DNA of 64,000 bases from the human T2T-CHM13v2.0 reference genome, Homo sapiens. The stretch is from NCBI RefSeq assembly GCF_009914755.1, contig NC_060929.1. The stretch is one strand, 5' to 3'. The notes beneath the pieces are model-generated. The model saw only the letters and a program-made list of their open reading frames with translations. It was not told where the DNA came from and did not search any database. Positions 28,311-41,596 of the stretch are shown in pieces (position 1 is the stretch's first letter; each line of letters opens with the position of its first letter). Position numbers and translations under genes: made by a program.

Positions 28311-29999
28311 CATGCAACTTGTGCTAACTGGCCTTCAGAGTTCTTATGACTTTTTTATCCAGCTTTGAATCCTCAGATTTCTGCCTCTGGAAAAAATTCT
28401 GTGCTTTGCCAGTGTTTCCTGATAAATGGCTTTTGTGGAGAAGGAAATAATTTATAGGATCTTTCTAACAAAAATAAGTGGAATTTTCAAAGAAACACTT
28501 ATTTTTATATTCATTTGTATTTAAAACTCCTTGAGAAGACTGTCATATTCCTCTCTCTCTACAGTCTCTTAGAGGATAGGGCATATGATAAAATAAATCA
28601 TTGCTGCATGGATATTTCCTTAATGATGTTTTCTAATGCATATTGGGAAATAGTTTTTCTAGAACTTCATCTTGACATTTCAGTTGGTTAAATGATAGTG
28701 CAAATTGCTTGAGAGAAGTCCAGGTAAGAATGAATGTAGATTAACAAAAATATCGCCACTTTATGCAAATACAATGAAAAGAAAAACTGCTGGTTTATAA
28801 ACCATAATTCCATAAGAAGAACAGTCAAATGAACTTCCCGTTTTCTTTAAATATTATAAAAATATCCATGCGTGATCTGTGTGTGGTATTGATTATAGAG
28901 ACTGTTATAGTTGTCCTTCAGGGGAAGAATTTTAAAAAATCAATCCCTTCCTTATAAGTTTGTATGATCTCAGTTTAATCAGAAATAGGGCTAAATGCCA
29001 ACAAATAAATCAATAGCCTTTTGAAGAACATACTTGGGGAGGATCAAATTTGATGAGATGGGATGATATTGGAATTAAAATCGGAGACAGGGCATGAGAG
29101 ACTTACAGAAAATGAGGTGTAAATATATGAATGAAGGACTCTTTGTGAAGTGTTCTTTGAGGAAAGAACAGTGATGGACTTGGCTAGGCCAGGACATTCC
29201 TAAAGAAAAGCTGCCCAGTAGGAGAGAAGAAAAAGCATTCTTAAATAATTTGGGCACATTTCTTATCAGTTTGAGAGCTAAATGATAGATCAAATATATT
29301 CATTTGTATTGCCATTGAAGGTATGATTCTGTGATTGTTTTTTCAGTTTTATGGAGTATAATTATTAATTTTTTTGCGATTATAAAACTTGGTTAATACT
29401 ATGTCACCAATCACAAAAGTTTGTTAGCTGAAAAAGGAAGAGGCTAATGGTGGGTGGGTGGGAAATTATTGCTCTGAATTTGTATCTTGCTGCTTAGCTA
29501 AAACCCTCCTATTTATCTGCCAGGTCTAGAAGTTAGCATAAAAGGCAAGGGCATAGAGGCCGTGAATTCACTCTATTGCAAAAATTCTATTACTTTGTGA
29601 CTTCAGGCCAGACATTTAAACTCCTCATGTTTTCAAGTCATTGGAAACCAAATGCTAAAATGACTGTTTAAATAAATAACACCTTCAAAAAATGTTTGAG
29701 TAGTTCATGTCCGGGAAAAGTTATGATGTAATTTTTCAACAGCCTTGTAAATTCATGCCAAAGCTATATCACTCCACAGTATTTGATTAACCCATATTGT
29801 CCTTACAAGGTCAAGGCAGAAGAGTGGTCAAATCTGCCTTCTTCTTTATTTTATTATAGTAATGTAGCCGTAAGTGAGTGGTTACTTTTATGACAATTTC
29901 CATTTTCTGGGAATTTTAATAAGTAGCATTCATTTATTTCTTGATTATAAATGTAACCTAGGCTTTTTTGCAGAAAATTTATAACCCAGGCAAAAGACC

Positions 30000-31250
30000 A
30001 ACATTAAAAAAATAAAATGACCAATTATCTAACCAGCCATTCTTAAGTACTATTAATTTTTTAGTGTTAAGATGCAGTAGTTTCTGCTTTATACAATATG
30101 TGTGACTATATGAGTACATTCATTTTTATACATTTAAAACTGTGATCACAAAATTTATTTATACTATATGGTTAATATTCTACTCATTATAGATGATAAT
30201 CTTAATAATATTCTTCTGACATGAATGGCTCTATCCTATTTGTCATAACGTAACAGTCCTTTATTGTGCATCACCTGACTAACTTCCAGTCTTTCTCTAA
30301 ACCTGCCTATATATATAGAGGGAGAGAGAGTATATATATGTTTCATATATATATCTCCCAGATCATTTCATAGAATAAAATTCTGTAAGTGCTATTTCTA
30401 GGAGAAAGAGCTTGCACATTTTTTTTAAGCTTTGGCTTTAGTTTTATTTCATTTATCCTATTCTGATGTTTGACATTTCAAATCCTTTCTTATTATTCTA
30501 TGGTTTTTTTGCCTGTTCATTCTAGTTTATTTTTCATGGGTCACATGAGAAACATTTTTCTCTAAATTCATTTATAAGTTTTATTGTCATTGCAAAGCAG
30601 CTAAAAGTTAATTTGGGAATAATAACAAATTCACAATAATAACTCTTCCTATATAAGAACACAGTGAAACTTTTTATTTATTTTTTTATTTATTCATTCT
30701 TTTTTTCTGATTTGGTAAGGCTTTGTTGTTTTCTATATGTACTTTCTATAGGTTTTCATTCTGTTTCTCTCCAGACCCATCTTATTCTCAAAATTTACAT
30801 GAGGAAATTTTACCCAAATTTTCTGTCATCAATTATATTATTAATTTTGTGCATATTTTAAATAATTGGCCAAGTTAACTTTATTTATTTGAAAACTTGT
30901 TCACTTATTTTGATTAGTATTCTGAAAAGATAAGTCTTCATTGACTTTCCAATAGTTTTATCTCATGATTTTTTTTATCATCTTATTGGTTTGCCTAGAT
31001 CTTAGAGAACAATAAATAGCACAACTGCTAGTGGTGTTACTGTGTTGTGGTAATTTTTATGGACATGCCTCTAGAATTTCATCAAATGTGACCAGGATAG
31101 TGGTTGTTGATTGTAATTCAATATACAGATTCTTTAGTGTTTTTGTCTCTCAGGGCTCACTTGTTATTTCTGCATACATCTCAGCTTCTTTCTTTTTACA
31201 TTTTGTTTAGCTCTTTTAGAATTATTTTTATTCCTTTTTTCATAGATGGC
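30000..31250 (-). mobile_element. Very old L1M fragments
   Basis: T-rich antisense L1-like motifs (TAACTCTTCCTATATAAGAAC; TCTTATTGGTTTGCCTAGATC...AATAAATAG). Confidence 0.5.
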
Positions 31251-31459
31251 TTTTTCATGGATTGTAGTGAAAGCACAAAGTATGTATTATCTAATATATG
31301 TATTAGACTATAATATTAGACTATAGTTTTAATTATAATTATATGAAACTATATACATATATTACAATTAATATATGTATATATTATATATTATATACAT
31401 TTGACTATATAATTGTATATTAGGCTATTTATATATAGTTTTAAAAACTACTGTATATA

Positions 31460-31482
31460 TGTGTGTGTGTGTGTGTGTGTGT
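31460..31482. repeat. (TG)n microsatellite next to a TA-rich tract (31290-31460)
   Basis: Seen directly. Confidence 0.95.
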
Positions 31483-31489
31483 TTACAAA

Positions 31490-34400
31490 TATATACATTT
31501 TAATGGCCCAGAACATGTTTTATTTTGATGAATATTCCTTCTATTGGTAATTAAAGAAAGAAAGTATAGTCTACCATTGTTGGATGAATTGTTCTGTAAA
31601 GGAATTAGGGTAAGTTGGTTGATGGTGTTTTTTCAGGTTTCTCCTCATTACTGATTTTCTGTCTACTTAATATATTAATTATTCAGACAGAGGTGTTGAT
31701 TTTTCCAACTACGATTTGAGTTTATTTGAAGATGATCGATAGCTTTTGCTTTATGAATTTTGAAGCTGTGTTGCTAAGTGCATGCATGTTTGTTTCTTAT
31801 GCCTTCTTCATGAATTTGCTCTTTTATCAGTAAGTAATGTCCTTTTTTATTATTAATAATATTCCTCATTCCAAAATATACTTTGTCTGACAAAATATAG
31901 CCACTCTAGTTTTCTTTCAATTAGGGTTTATCTTTTTTAAAATTTTTTAACTTTTACCCTATCAATGCCTTTATATTTAAACTGAGTTTCTTATAGACAG
32001 CATACATCATGTTGGGTATTACTTTCTTATCCAATCTGTCTGGCTTTTAATTGGTGTGTCTAACTATTTTAGAGTGACATAATTATTGGAAAGGTTAAAG
32101 ACTACAATTTTGGTAGCTGTTTTCTATTTGTTCTTTATGTTCGTTTGGCATTTAAAAGTCCTGTCTGCCTGTTTCTTGATTATTTTTAATGATTTAAAAA
32201 AATCTCCCATTTTGGCTTATTATTTATACCTCTTAAAATTTTTGGTGGATACCCTTAATTATAGTCCACCCTTAAATAATTTTATGTCCCTTCATATGCA
32301 TTTAAGGCACTTATAACAATAGACTCCCAATTTGTCCCTCCCATTTTTGTGCTATTTTTATATATCTTATTTTTACCTATGCTACAAATCTATAATATGT
32401 GGCTATCTTTCTATGATAAAATAAATTATATTTTAGAGTTATTTTAAAAGGTAAAAATATGTTTATGATTATATATTTTACATTTACTTTATTTCTGGAG
32501 ATCTTCATTTGTTTGTGTAGATCCAAGTTTCTGTACTGTAGCTCTGCTGGTGATAAGTTCTATATGTTTTGCTTGTCTGAAAAAAAGTGTCATTTTTTCC
32601 ATCAATTTGAGAGACATTTTCTTCTGTGTATATTCTGATTTGACAGCTTTTTCTCTTCAATATTTTAAAGATGCTACTCCATTGTTTATGTTCTTGCATA
32701 GTGTCTAACAAGGAGTCAGGTGTAATTCTTCTCTTTGTTCCTCCCTCTGTAATGTATTTTCACCTTCCCTGGAGGCCTCTTTTTGTTTTTGTTGTCTTTT
32801 TTGGTTTTGAATTTCAGTGGCTTGAAATTGATGTGTTTGGATTTTATTTCATTTTATTTTCACTTATCCAACTTGGTTTTCTCTGAGCTTCTTGGTTGTA
32901 TTTACGGCTTGACATATTTCATTATCTGTAGAAGAATTCTCAGCTATTATGTCTTTTCCTTATGGGATTCTGATCACATAGGTTAGGCTGCTTGGTATTG
33001 TTGCACAACTCTGGAATGCAATGTTCTATTTGTTTTTCTCTGGCTTTCTTTTCCTTGTGCTCACATAAGATTAATTTGATTAGCCTATTTTGATTTCACT
33101 GATTCGTATCTAAACTTTCTTGAATTCACTTGTGAATCTATCAAAGGCGTCTTAAACTCTATTTTCATATTTTTATCTCTAGCATTGTAATTTTTCTGTT
33201 TCTTATGGCTCCTGAAATTATCCATATGTTTATAGATTTTGCCTACCTTTTCCAGTAGTCTTTAATATATTAATCATAGACATTTTAAATTCCCTTTCTG
33301 ATATACATATATAATATATGATGCAAGGGAAATATGCATATATATATGCAAGTAGATATATATATGGTTTATCTTTTATCAATTCATTTTCCCTTGCATT
33401 TTCATGTGTCTCATAATTTTTGTTTGAATGTTAGGCTTTATGAATAGGACAGCAGAGACCGAGACAGATCAAATTTATGCCTAGAAATTAGCATACCTCT
33501 CCTTTAGCTAGGCTGGTAGTTTTGGAGGACTGATCAATCTTGCTAAGAATTCTGCTTGGTTTGGGTTTTGTCTTGCAATTTCAGTACACCACATTCTCTA
33601 ACTTTACCTTGTCCTTAGGGTGTGTTCTGATTTGTTGGTTGGTGAGTTTTTTAAGTGTTATACTGGTTCCTGCTCCACTCTCAGCTTTAGGCTTCTCCTG
33701 TGTACCCTTTCCCCCAGAGAGGGTCTCTGTGTTTACTCCTGCCCTTCCTGAGTTGGTTTATACACTGCTCCTACTTGTTACTCAGACTTGCAAGCCCAAT
33801 AGTGGGTCTCAGAGGAGGGGGATTCTTTGTTGTACTGGCCCTGCCTCAGTAATAGGCAGTCTCTGTGTTCCTGGAACCCTGGGATGGGTTTCTCAGTGGT
33901 CCTGCACCTCCCCCAGCATAAGGCACATTCTTATAATCTGGATAGAGGATGCTTTCCTGTCCCTTCCCCAGGCATAAAGGGTGTCTAAGTCCATTTATGT
34001 TGTTCTAAAGGAATACCTGAGGCTGAGTATTTTGTAAAAAACATAAGTTTATTTGGCTTACGATTCTGCTGGATGCACAAGAAGCATGGCACCCACATCT
34101 TCTGGTGGGGGCCTCCAGCTGCTTCCAACATGGCGGAAGGAATAGGAAAGCCAGCATGTGCAGACATCACATGGTGAGAGAGAAGCAAGAGAGAGTGGGG
34201 GGAGGTGCCAGGCTCTTTTGAACAAGTAGCTGTGGTGGGAACTAATAGGACAAGAATTCACTCATTATCTCAAGGACTGCACCAGGTTATTTTTGAGGAA
34301 CCCACCCCCATGACCCAAACACCTCCCACTAGGCCCTGCCTCCAACATTGGGAATAAAATGTCAACATGAAATTTGGAGGGGACAAATATCCAAATCATA

Positions 34401-35010
34401 TCAGAGGGCTCTTTTAAAATACCTTTACCTTTCTCCCAGGTGTAGTAGATCTTCACCTGTACCCTGGGAATGACAGGGTATCATGCCTTTTCTTAGCAAT
34501 TTAAGGCCTTAACATGATAAAGGTCAGTCCTCTGTTTCCTTTCTGCAGTGGTAGGCATTCTCTTCTCCCTGACTTGAACTATCAAGAGAGACTTCAACCT
34601 CTTTCTCTTCTAGCTCCCAACCTTTCTTATGAATGCTTGGTGGAGGCCTGTGGAGAAAAGCCTGTAAACAGGAATGTGCTCTTCTTACATCTCAATTCCC
34701 AGGGTTCTCTCCTTTCAGGCTAGCCCTGGGTCTTAGCAGTTCATTAAAGTTGCAGCTGACATCTTACCTGCCTGCATGGTGGCCCTGTCTTCCGTTTGTT
34801 CAGCCACAAATGAGTCAGTATTCATGCCATTCTCCCCTGGGAAGCAGCTGTCTTTCTTAAGATTTTAGGCCAGTTCATTGCTCTGTGACCTCAGCTCTCT
34901 GAAGAGTTCAAGGAATGGTATGAATTTGTAAGTTATCATGCTTTTTCTTTGTGATAGGCTTGGAGCAATGCTCTTTACAGGTAATTGCATTCTAACCAGA
35001 AGCCAGAGCT
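31490..35010 (-). mobile_element. Old L1M 5' portion (ORF2 start, ORF1, 5' UTR), interrupted by an MST LTR
   Basis: ORF1p C-terminal remnant DTMQEHKQWSSIFKILKRKSCQIRIY (32505-32711); antisense ORF2-start motifs at 31500-32130. Confidence 0.8.
33982..34403 (-). mobile_element. MSTB-type MaLR solo LTR
   Basis: TGTCTAAGTCCATTT...AAGGAATACCTGAGGCTG; GAAGCATGGCACC; ends ACAAATATCCAAATCATATCA; 5-bp TSD AAGGG/GAGGG. Confidence 0.92.
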
Positions 35011-35606
35011 CTTACTTACTTAACTTTACATTCTCAATCTATTCATTAACTCATTTGTTGAACAAAGCAAGATTGAACATGTAGGAAGCTAGGTACAGAG
35101 CTTTCTCATGAAGATACTGCATACAAGGACAGACTTGGCCCTGCTTTATGGTGCTCACAAACATATAAGAAAATAAAGCAATAATGCAATGAAGGGAAAA
35201 AATGGGAGTGCTCTGAAGGAGATTAACAAGATGCTGTAATAGGGAGTCAAAAGGATCTGATGTGGGAGAGGGAGTGTACTGGACAATGCTCTTAAGGAGA
35301 TGAAATGGTGCAGAAATCTGAAGGCTGAAAAGAAGCAAGCCTTAAGAGTTGTGGTTGTGGCAGTTTTTGGAAGGGATTTTGGAGACAATTTTCCAGACAG
35401 AAGATATCAAAGAAACCCAGCGAGGAGACTGCTAAAGGAATGAATAAAAGGCCACTGAGCCGGGCAGAGAGAGCCTCTGAGGAGAAGTGCAAGACAGGGG
35501 CGGCAGAGCCAGGTTTTGTAGCTTGTGGAGGTGGTGGAAAGAAAGAAGCTTGGGTTTTACTGTAAGCACACTGGGAAGTGGCTGGTGGATTGTACAAGAA
35601 TTCACA

Positions 35607-36030
35607 TATCAACTGGGATCCTAATGGAAATAGATAACACCTCTCTGGTGGGGTGGTTGGAAAGTGTTAATGAAGCCAGTGTTAACAAGGCCTAGGCCAG
35701 TTTAAGAGAAAATAACTCGGATGATGCAGCCCCCAGGCCAGCCACAATGGGCAGCTGTTACCAGCCTAGCCTGAGTGGGGAAGGGTATCCCTGGACCTGG
35801 GCCACAAGCGTCCAGAGCGCTCCCGGGAGGCGTGGCTTTGGCAGGAGGGTCGCTGGCCTGGGTGACCCAGCAGGGGGAGTCCTCCCACCTCCTGCCTGGG
35901 CCTCTGGTGGGAAACTCCATGGGAAGCCAACATGGAAAGGAACCCATTGGCCAGTTCTGACAGCTGCTTCTCCAGCACATAGGTGAAGTGCGGAGAGTGG
36001 ATATGAAGAGAAAACCGGAAGTGCAAAGAC
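35607..36030 (-). mobile_element. LTR40-like ERVL LTR
   Basis: GGATCCTAATGGAAATAGATAACAC...GATGATGCAG...GCAGCTGTTACCA.CCTAGCCTGA and GGAGAGTGGATATG resemble LTR40. Confidence 0.6.
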
Positions 36031-36039
36031 CGGAAGTGC
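36014..36039 (+). promoter_or_regulatory. Tandem perfect ETS (GABPA/ELK-type) sites ACCGGAAGTG x2, 15-bp period
   Basis: ACCGGAAGTG at 36014-36023 and 36029-36038; function is inferred only. Confidence 0.45.
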
Positions 36040-36207
36040 GAAGAAGATCAGAGGTAAAGAGAAAATCCCAAGTGGGCAGCCCTGAAGTGAACAAGGCCTG
36101 AATCTCCTCTGAGGGGTCACTGTATCCGTGGTCTGGAGAATGGAGAGGGCGGATGTGAAGTCAGGAGCAGGGAGAGGTCCTGTGCTGGAGGACAGGGAGA
36201 AACTTGA

Positions 36208-36552
<345 letters not shown>

Positions 36553-36727
36553 TGAAGGGTGAGGCAAAGTCAAGAGCAGCTCCCAGGCTTTGGAGGAGGG
36601 CAGAAGCCTGCACTCCTTTCCGAAATGAGGAGACTGTGGCGGGACTGAGTTCGAGGGAGAAAGCTTCAGTGATGTTTTGGAGATCTAAAGTCTGAGTGGA
36701 CTTTGGAACAGCCAAGTGGAGATGTCA

Positions 36728-37025
36728 TACTTCTAATATATACATTCTTCTAATTAAAAAAATCTTCTCATATGTGAGTAATGTACTTAATCAGAACTCA
36801 TTTTTGAAGTTCACCATAGTTTTTCAACCCGTTGGTATTAATAATATCAGAGAGGAGTAGACAGACGGTGACAGCATGAAAAGAAATACCGCGTCTTCCT
36901 GTGCTCTGACACTTCTGGTATCACTGTAAGCCCAGGAACTTTAAAAGTACTTCTTGAAAACCCATTTTAGCACTGAAAATACATTTTCCACATTCAGTGA
37001 ATCTGCTAAAGCTTGTTCCATATTT
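36728..37025. repeat. Diverged copy of 37644-37903, inserted in L2
   Basis: Five colinear shared anchors (see findings). Confidence 0.85.
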
Positions 37026-37519
37026 AGTAGGAGACGTCTGGATGGGGGTAAAAAAAAAAAAGTATGAATGTTGGAGCTTGGGGCTGGGTGACTGGGTGAG
37101 ATCCCCCAGGAAGCTAACATGGGTGGAGAAGACCCAGCCCACAGGCCAGGCCTGGTGGATCCCCCACGCCTGGACATTGTTGTGGGAGGACATGGAGCAG
37201 CCAGTGAGACAGGAGGAAAACAGCGTCCTGTGAGGGAAGTGTGGGGAGTTGGCGATGCCAGAGTGGTCAACAGAGCCCGAAACTCCTCAGGGACTCAGGA
37301 AGAAAGTCAAAATGTAGCCCTGGAACATGTGTGTGCCCTAAACACTGGGAACTGGCTTCTTCTAGGCCCCTTCCCTTTGGGTGTCATCAGGAACTGTCTC
37401 AGTGTAAGGCCACCAGTCTTCTCCCAAGTTTAGTTCCCAGTGACCTGCCGATGGAGACCCCTGAAGAGATCCAGATTTCCCAAAAGCCGCTTCTCAGAGC
37501 TGATTCTTATGGTTCTGTC

Positions 37520-37930
37520 TTGTCTACACAAGGATGGACAAGATCAACAGCAAATGGATGATCTCCAGAAATCTCTTCATTTCCACATTTCAAAAAGTTC
37601 CACTGCTCACATTATTCTCTTATTTATAAGTCAATGTCTTGTTTTCTAATATATAAGCAAAAATATTGTGCATCTAATTGAGAACATTTATGAAGTTCAC
37701 CATCTTTGCTTTTTGCAACTCAGTAATAATATCAGACAGGAGTAGCCAAACTTTGGAGGAGCAGAAAAAGAAATATTGTGTCTTGCTTTTCTTTGACACC
37801 TAGAATATTACTTTGTGTCCAAGAAACTTAAGAGTACTTCTTGAAAACCATAAAATTTTAGCTCTGCGAATACGTTCTCCAGCATCTAGTAAAGCTTGTT
37901 CCACACGTAACATTACCTCGCTCTTGTTCT
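37520..37930 (-). mobile_element. Putative hAT-Tip100-type (Arthur/Zaphod-like) transposase remnant
   Basis: Frameshifted minus-strand peptides LKFLG, YS-DIITEL, DAQYFCL and KRFLEII occur in the order of hAT/DUF4371 motifs (ELLxFL, YxSxxIQNEL, AxYFSI, ERFL). Confidence 0.45.
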
Positions 37931-40727
37931 TATAGTTATATTTATCTCCAGTTTCTTCTCTGTTTCCTCTAATGATAATGGATTATAAAGGCAGAAGGAT
38001 CCTTTTGCAGAAAGGACTTGATGTTTTTTTTAAAAGAGACCCCCATTAAAAGAGCCAGGCTAAATCAAGAGACAGAAAATATTGAATTTTTAAATGAAAA
38101 TAGAAAAGCTATTTAATATCCTTAATTCTAGCCTAGTTTCTCATATGCCCTCACTATGTGCTTTAGAGTATTGTCTGCATATTCTGGAACTGTCAATTTT
38201 AAAGGAATACATAGATGAAGTGGTGCATTCATTTATATTCTACTTGCAGAATTGTCAACCTTGAGTTGGAAGGTAAACTAGAAATAGAGGAGCTCTTCTC
38301 TAGTTCACCATCTAGTACCTGCTGTCAGTCACATAGCAGGTGCCAGAAAAGACAGCACCTGAGAGGAAATCTCTAAGCTTGCATACTTCTGTTTAGCACC
38401 TTAAGTGTGCACCAGAGACAGCTCAGGCCATTCCTAAAGGCCCTGGTGTTTTTCTTTAGATAACTTTTGAAGATTTGCTCTTATCCAGTCTTCAGTTTAC
38501 ATGCATTTCTGTGTTTTTAGATAAAATACCTTTGTGTAAAATATTGTTTGAGGCCTAATCAGAACTAAGTCTAGAGAATTGAAACCATCTCTGGGGGAAA
38601 TTAACTGATGTGAACGGGAATTGAACCTGTCATCGTCGCCGTATCACTGCTCTACTCTTAACATCTAGTGATTTAAATAAAGCAAGAAAAATATTTAATT
38701 ACATCAGATATATGCATTTACCCTGGTGGCAGTAATTACTTTTTGTGAATGGACACAGCTGTGAACCTAGGGGCATTTACTTCACTGTATTTAGTCTTTT
38801 AACCCACATGGTGTCTGGAAGATTTAAAATAACCGGAAAGATTTTCTTGACTGACTGACTAAATGAATATAAAATATTGGTTGATAAAAGTGACAGTGGT
38901 GTGGTATTTCTGTAACTTTGTACATTTACTTTATCAATATCGCAGACTCAGGGCTTATTTATTAATATCTCCTTCTGGGGTTCTGTGGGCAGTTATAACC
39001 TACTGCTTCCAGGTGAGCAGGGTTGTCTTTGTGGGTTCTCTCTCTGAACTGTTGGGTACACTCTAGGCCTAGTTGACCGATAACAAAAGGGTTAACAAGG
39101 ATCTGGGTTCTGCTAAAACAAACATGTAAACTAATGTGGCCATTAACTAGCATATGCAATTGAAGCAGCATATGAGGAAATGTTATTCCATATAAAAATA
39201 GTGTCACCTTTTACATTAATTTCTCGTATGTGTACTTACACATTTTTGTGTATACATAAGTGTGTATATATAAACTCTTTATAATTACAGAATATACTTA
39301 ACATACCAGAAACTCAAATATCTGTTGAATGAATGTTGTATCTTTGCTGTTTAATAAATGTTTATTGAACCATTTGAATGAAAGGGGAAACATATTTGAT
39401 AAGGTAATATTGTTTTGTCAGCTAATGTTTTATGGTAAGGCTAATCTTTGAAAGCACACAAAGGCACCTCTATTTGTACAGGATTACTAAACTCAACACA
39501 CACTGATGTTTTTTTAAAGGGAAAGTTCCTGGCCTGAAAAACAACTGATACCGAAAGTGTGTTTATTTTGCACTGATGATGCATTAGAATCATCCAAAGG
39601 GATGATAGATTTTACATTATGTATTGGAGTCATAGTAAAACACTAATCCTTCTATATGACCACAGCTGCATACAGGACATTTAGTAACAGTCTGTGATCC
39701 AGCATGAATGTGCATGCTTTTAAGTTTAATTTGATAGTTCAGCGTGTCATTTATACAGGTAAAATGCCTGAATTTAGAATTAATAAGCTCTTATAGAATT
39801 AAATATTTATCTTTTATTTTATAAAGGCATAACTTTTTTCGCTCATATTATTGTCAGTGTTTGGATGATTAAAACTTGGCAAGAACCATAGATTTGCGAT
39901 GTATTATTGGTGATATCCTTGGAATCTAAAGTAGATTATTATATACTTGGTTCATGAATTATAGTTCATGCATTGGTGCGTTTAGGGGTTAAAATCCAGC
40001 ATGAGGAGGTCTGGAATAAAAGTATAACTTCTTAAAAAGGGGCACGTTTGAATAAGAGTGATAAGATTATAAATAAACCATGGTGTCGCAGAAACACTGT
40101 ACTGGCTCATTCTTTATGATTCAGGTGCTGGGATCATAACGTTATTTACTCAAATGTAAGAAGAAAATCCAACAACTGTCTCAAGAGTTATCTGATTTTA
40201 GCTACAGTCTCACAGCTTAGTAAATCTGTTCCATCAATAATAAAATGGAGGAATCATTATATTTTATTTTAATTTTTAATTTTTGTGGGTACATAGGTAT
40301 ATATATTTATGGGTTATGTGGTATATTTTGATATAGGCATGCAATGCATAATAACCACATCAGGGTAAATGGGGTATCTATCACCCCAAGGATTTATCTT
40401 TTGTGTTACAAACAATCAAATTGTACTCTTATAGTTATTTTAAAATGTACAATTAAAATTTTTTTTTTTTACTATAGTCACCCTGTTGTGCTAGCAAATA
40501 CTAGGTCTTATTTATTCTTTAAGTAATTTTTGTACCCATTATCCATACCCAGTGTCCCGTAAATCCCCCCAGTTACCCTTCCCAGCCTCTGGTGGTCATC
40601 CTTTTACTCTCTAGCTTCATGAGTTCAATTGTTTTAATTTTTAGTTGCCACAAATGGGTGAGAATGTGCAAAGTTAGTGTTTCTGTTCCTGGCTTATTTC
40701 ATGTAACATAATAATGACCAGTTCCTT

Positions 40728-41596
40728 AAACAAATTTACTAGAAAAAACAAACCACCCCATTAAAAATTGGGAAAAGGACATGAACAGATACTTTTCAAA
40801 AGAAGATATGCTTGCAGCTAATAATCATATGAAAAAAAGCTCAACATCACTGATCATTAGAGAAATACAAATCAAAACCACAATGAGATACCATCTCACA
40901 TAAGTCAGGATGGCTACTATTAAACAGTCAAAAAATAACAGATGCTGGCAAGTTTACAGAGAAAAAAGAGTGCTTATACACTGTTAGTGGGTGTGTAAAT
41001 GAGTTCAACCACTGTGGAAGACAGTGTGGTGATTCCTCAGAGACCTAAAGACAGAAATACCAATCTCATTACTGGGTATATACCCAAAGGAATATAAATC
41101 GTTCCATTATAAGGACACATGTATTGGAGTATTCATTGCATCACTGTCTGCAATAGCAAAGACACTGAATCAACCTAAATGCCCAATAATGATAGACTGG
41201 ATAAAGAAAATATGGTACATATGTACCATGGAATACTGTGTAGCAATAAAAAAGAATGAGATCATGTCCTTTGCAGGGATATGGATGGACCTGGAGACCA
41301 TTATCCTTAGAAGACTAATACATGAACAGAAAACCAAATACCATAGGTTCTCACTTATAAATGGGAGCTGAATTATGAGAACACATGGACACATAGAGGG
41401 GAACAACACACACGGGGGCCTATTGGAGGGTGAAGAGTGGGAGAAGGGGGAGGATCCGGAAAAATGACTGATGGGTAATAGGCTTAATACCTGGGTCATG
41501 AAATAATCTGTACAACAAACCCCCATGACACAAGTTTACCTATATAACAAACCTGCACATGTACCCCTGAACTTAAAATAAAAGTTGAATTAAAAA
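40728..41596 (+). mobile_element. 5'-truncated L1PA13-16-like element inserted antiparallel into the L1MA
   Basis: ORF2 end DWIKKIWYICTMEY...KTKYHRFSLINGS; 3' UTR GAAATAATCTGTACAACAAACCCCCATGAC; degenerate TSD TAATAATGACCAGTTCCTT / TAGTAATGAGTTCCTT. Confidence 0.93.

Noticed and set aside
28140-28320. Ankyrin-like peptides on the minus strand (VHGHVGTLLHG, AVNAD, LMHPAEKGQL) as an upstream partner of the SOCS-like exon
   Set aside because: Spacing does not fit the 33-aa repeat, frames differ and no splice sites are evident; probably pattern over-reading
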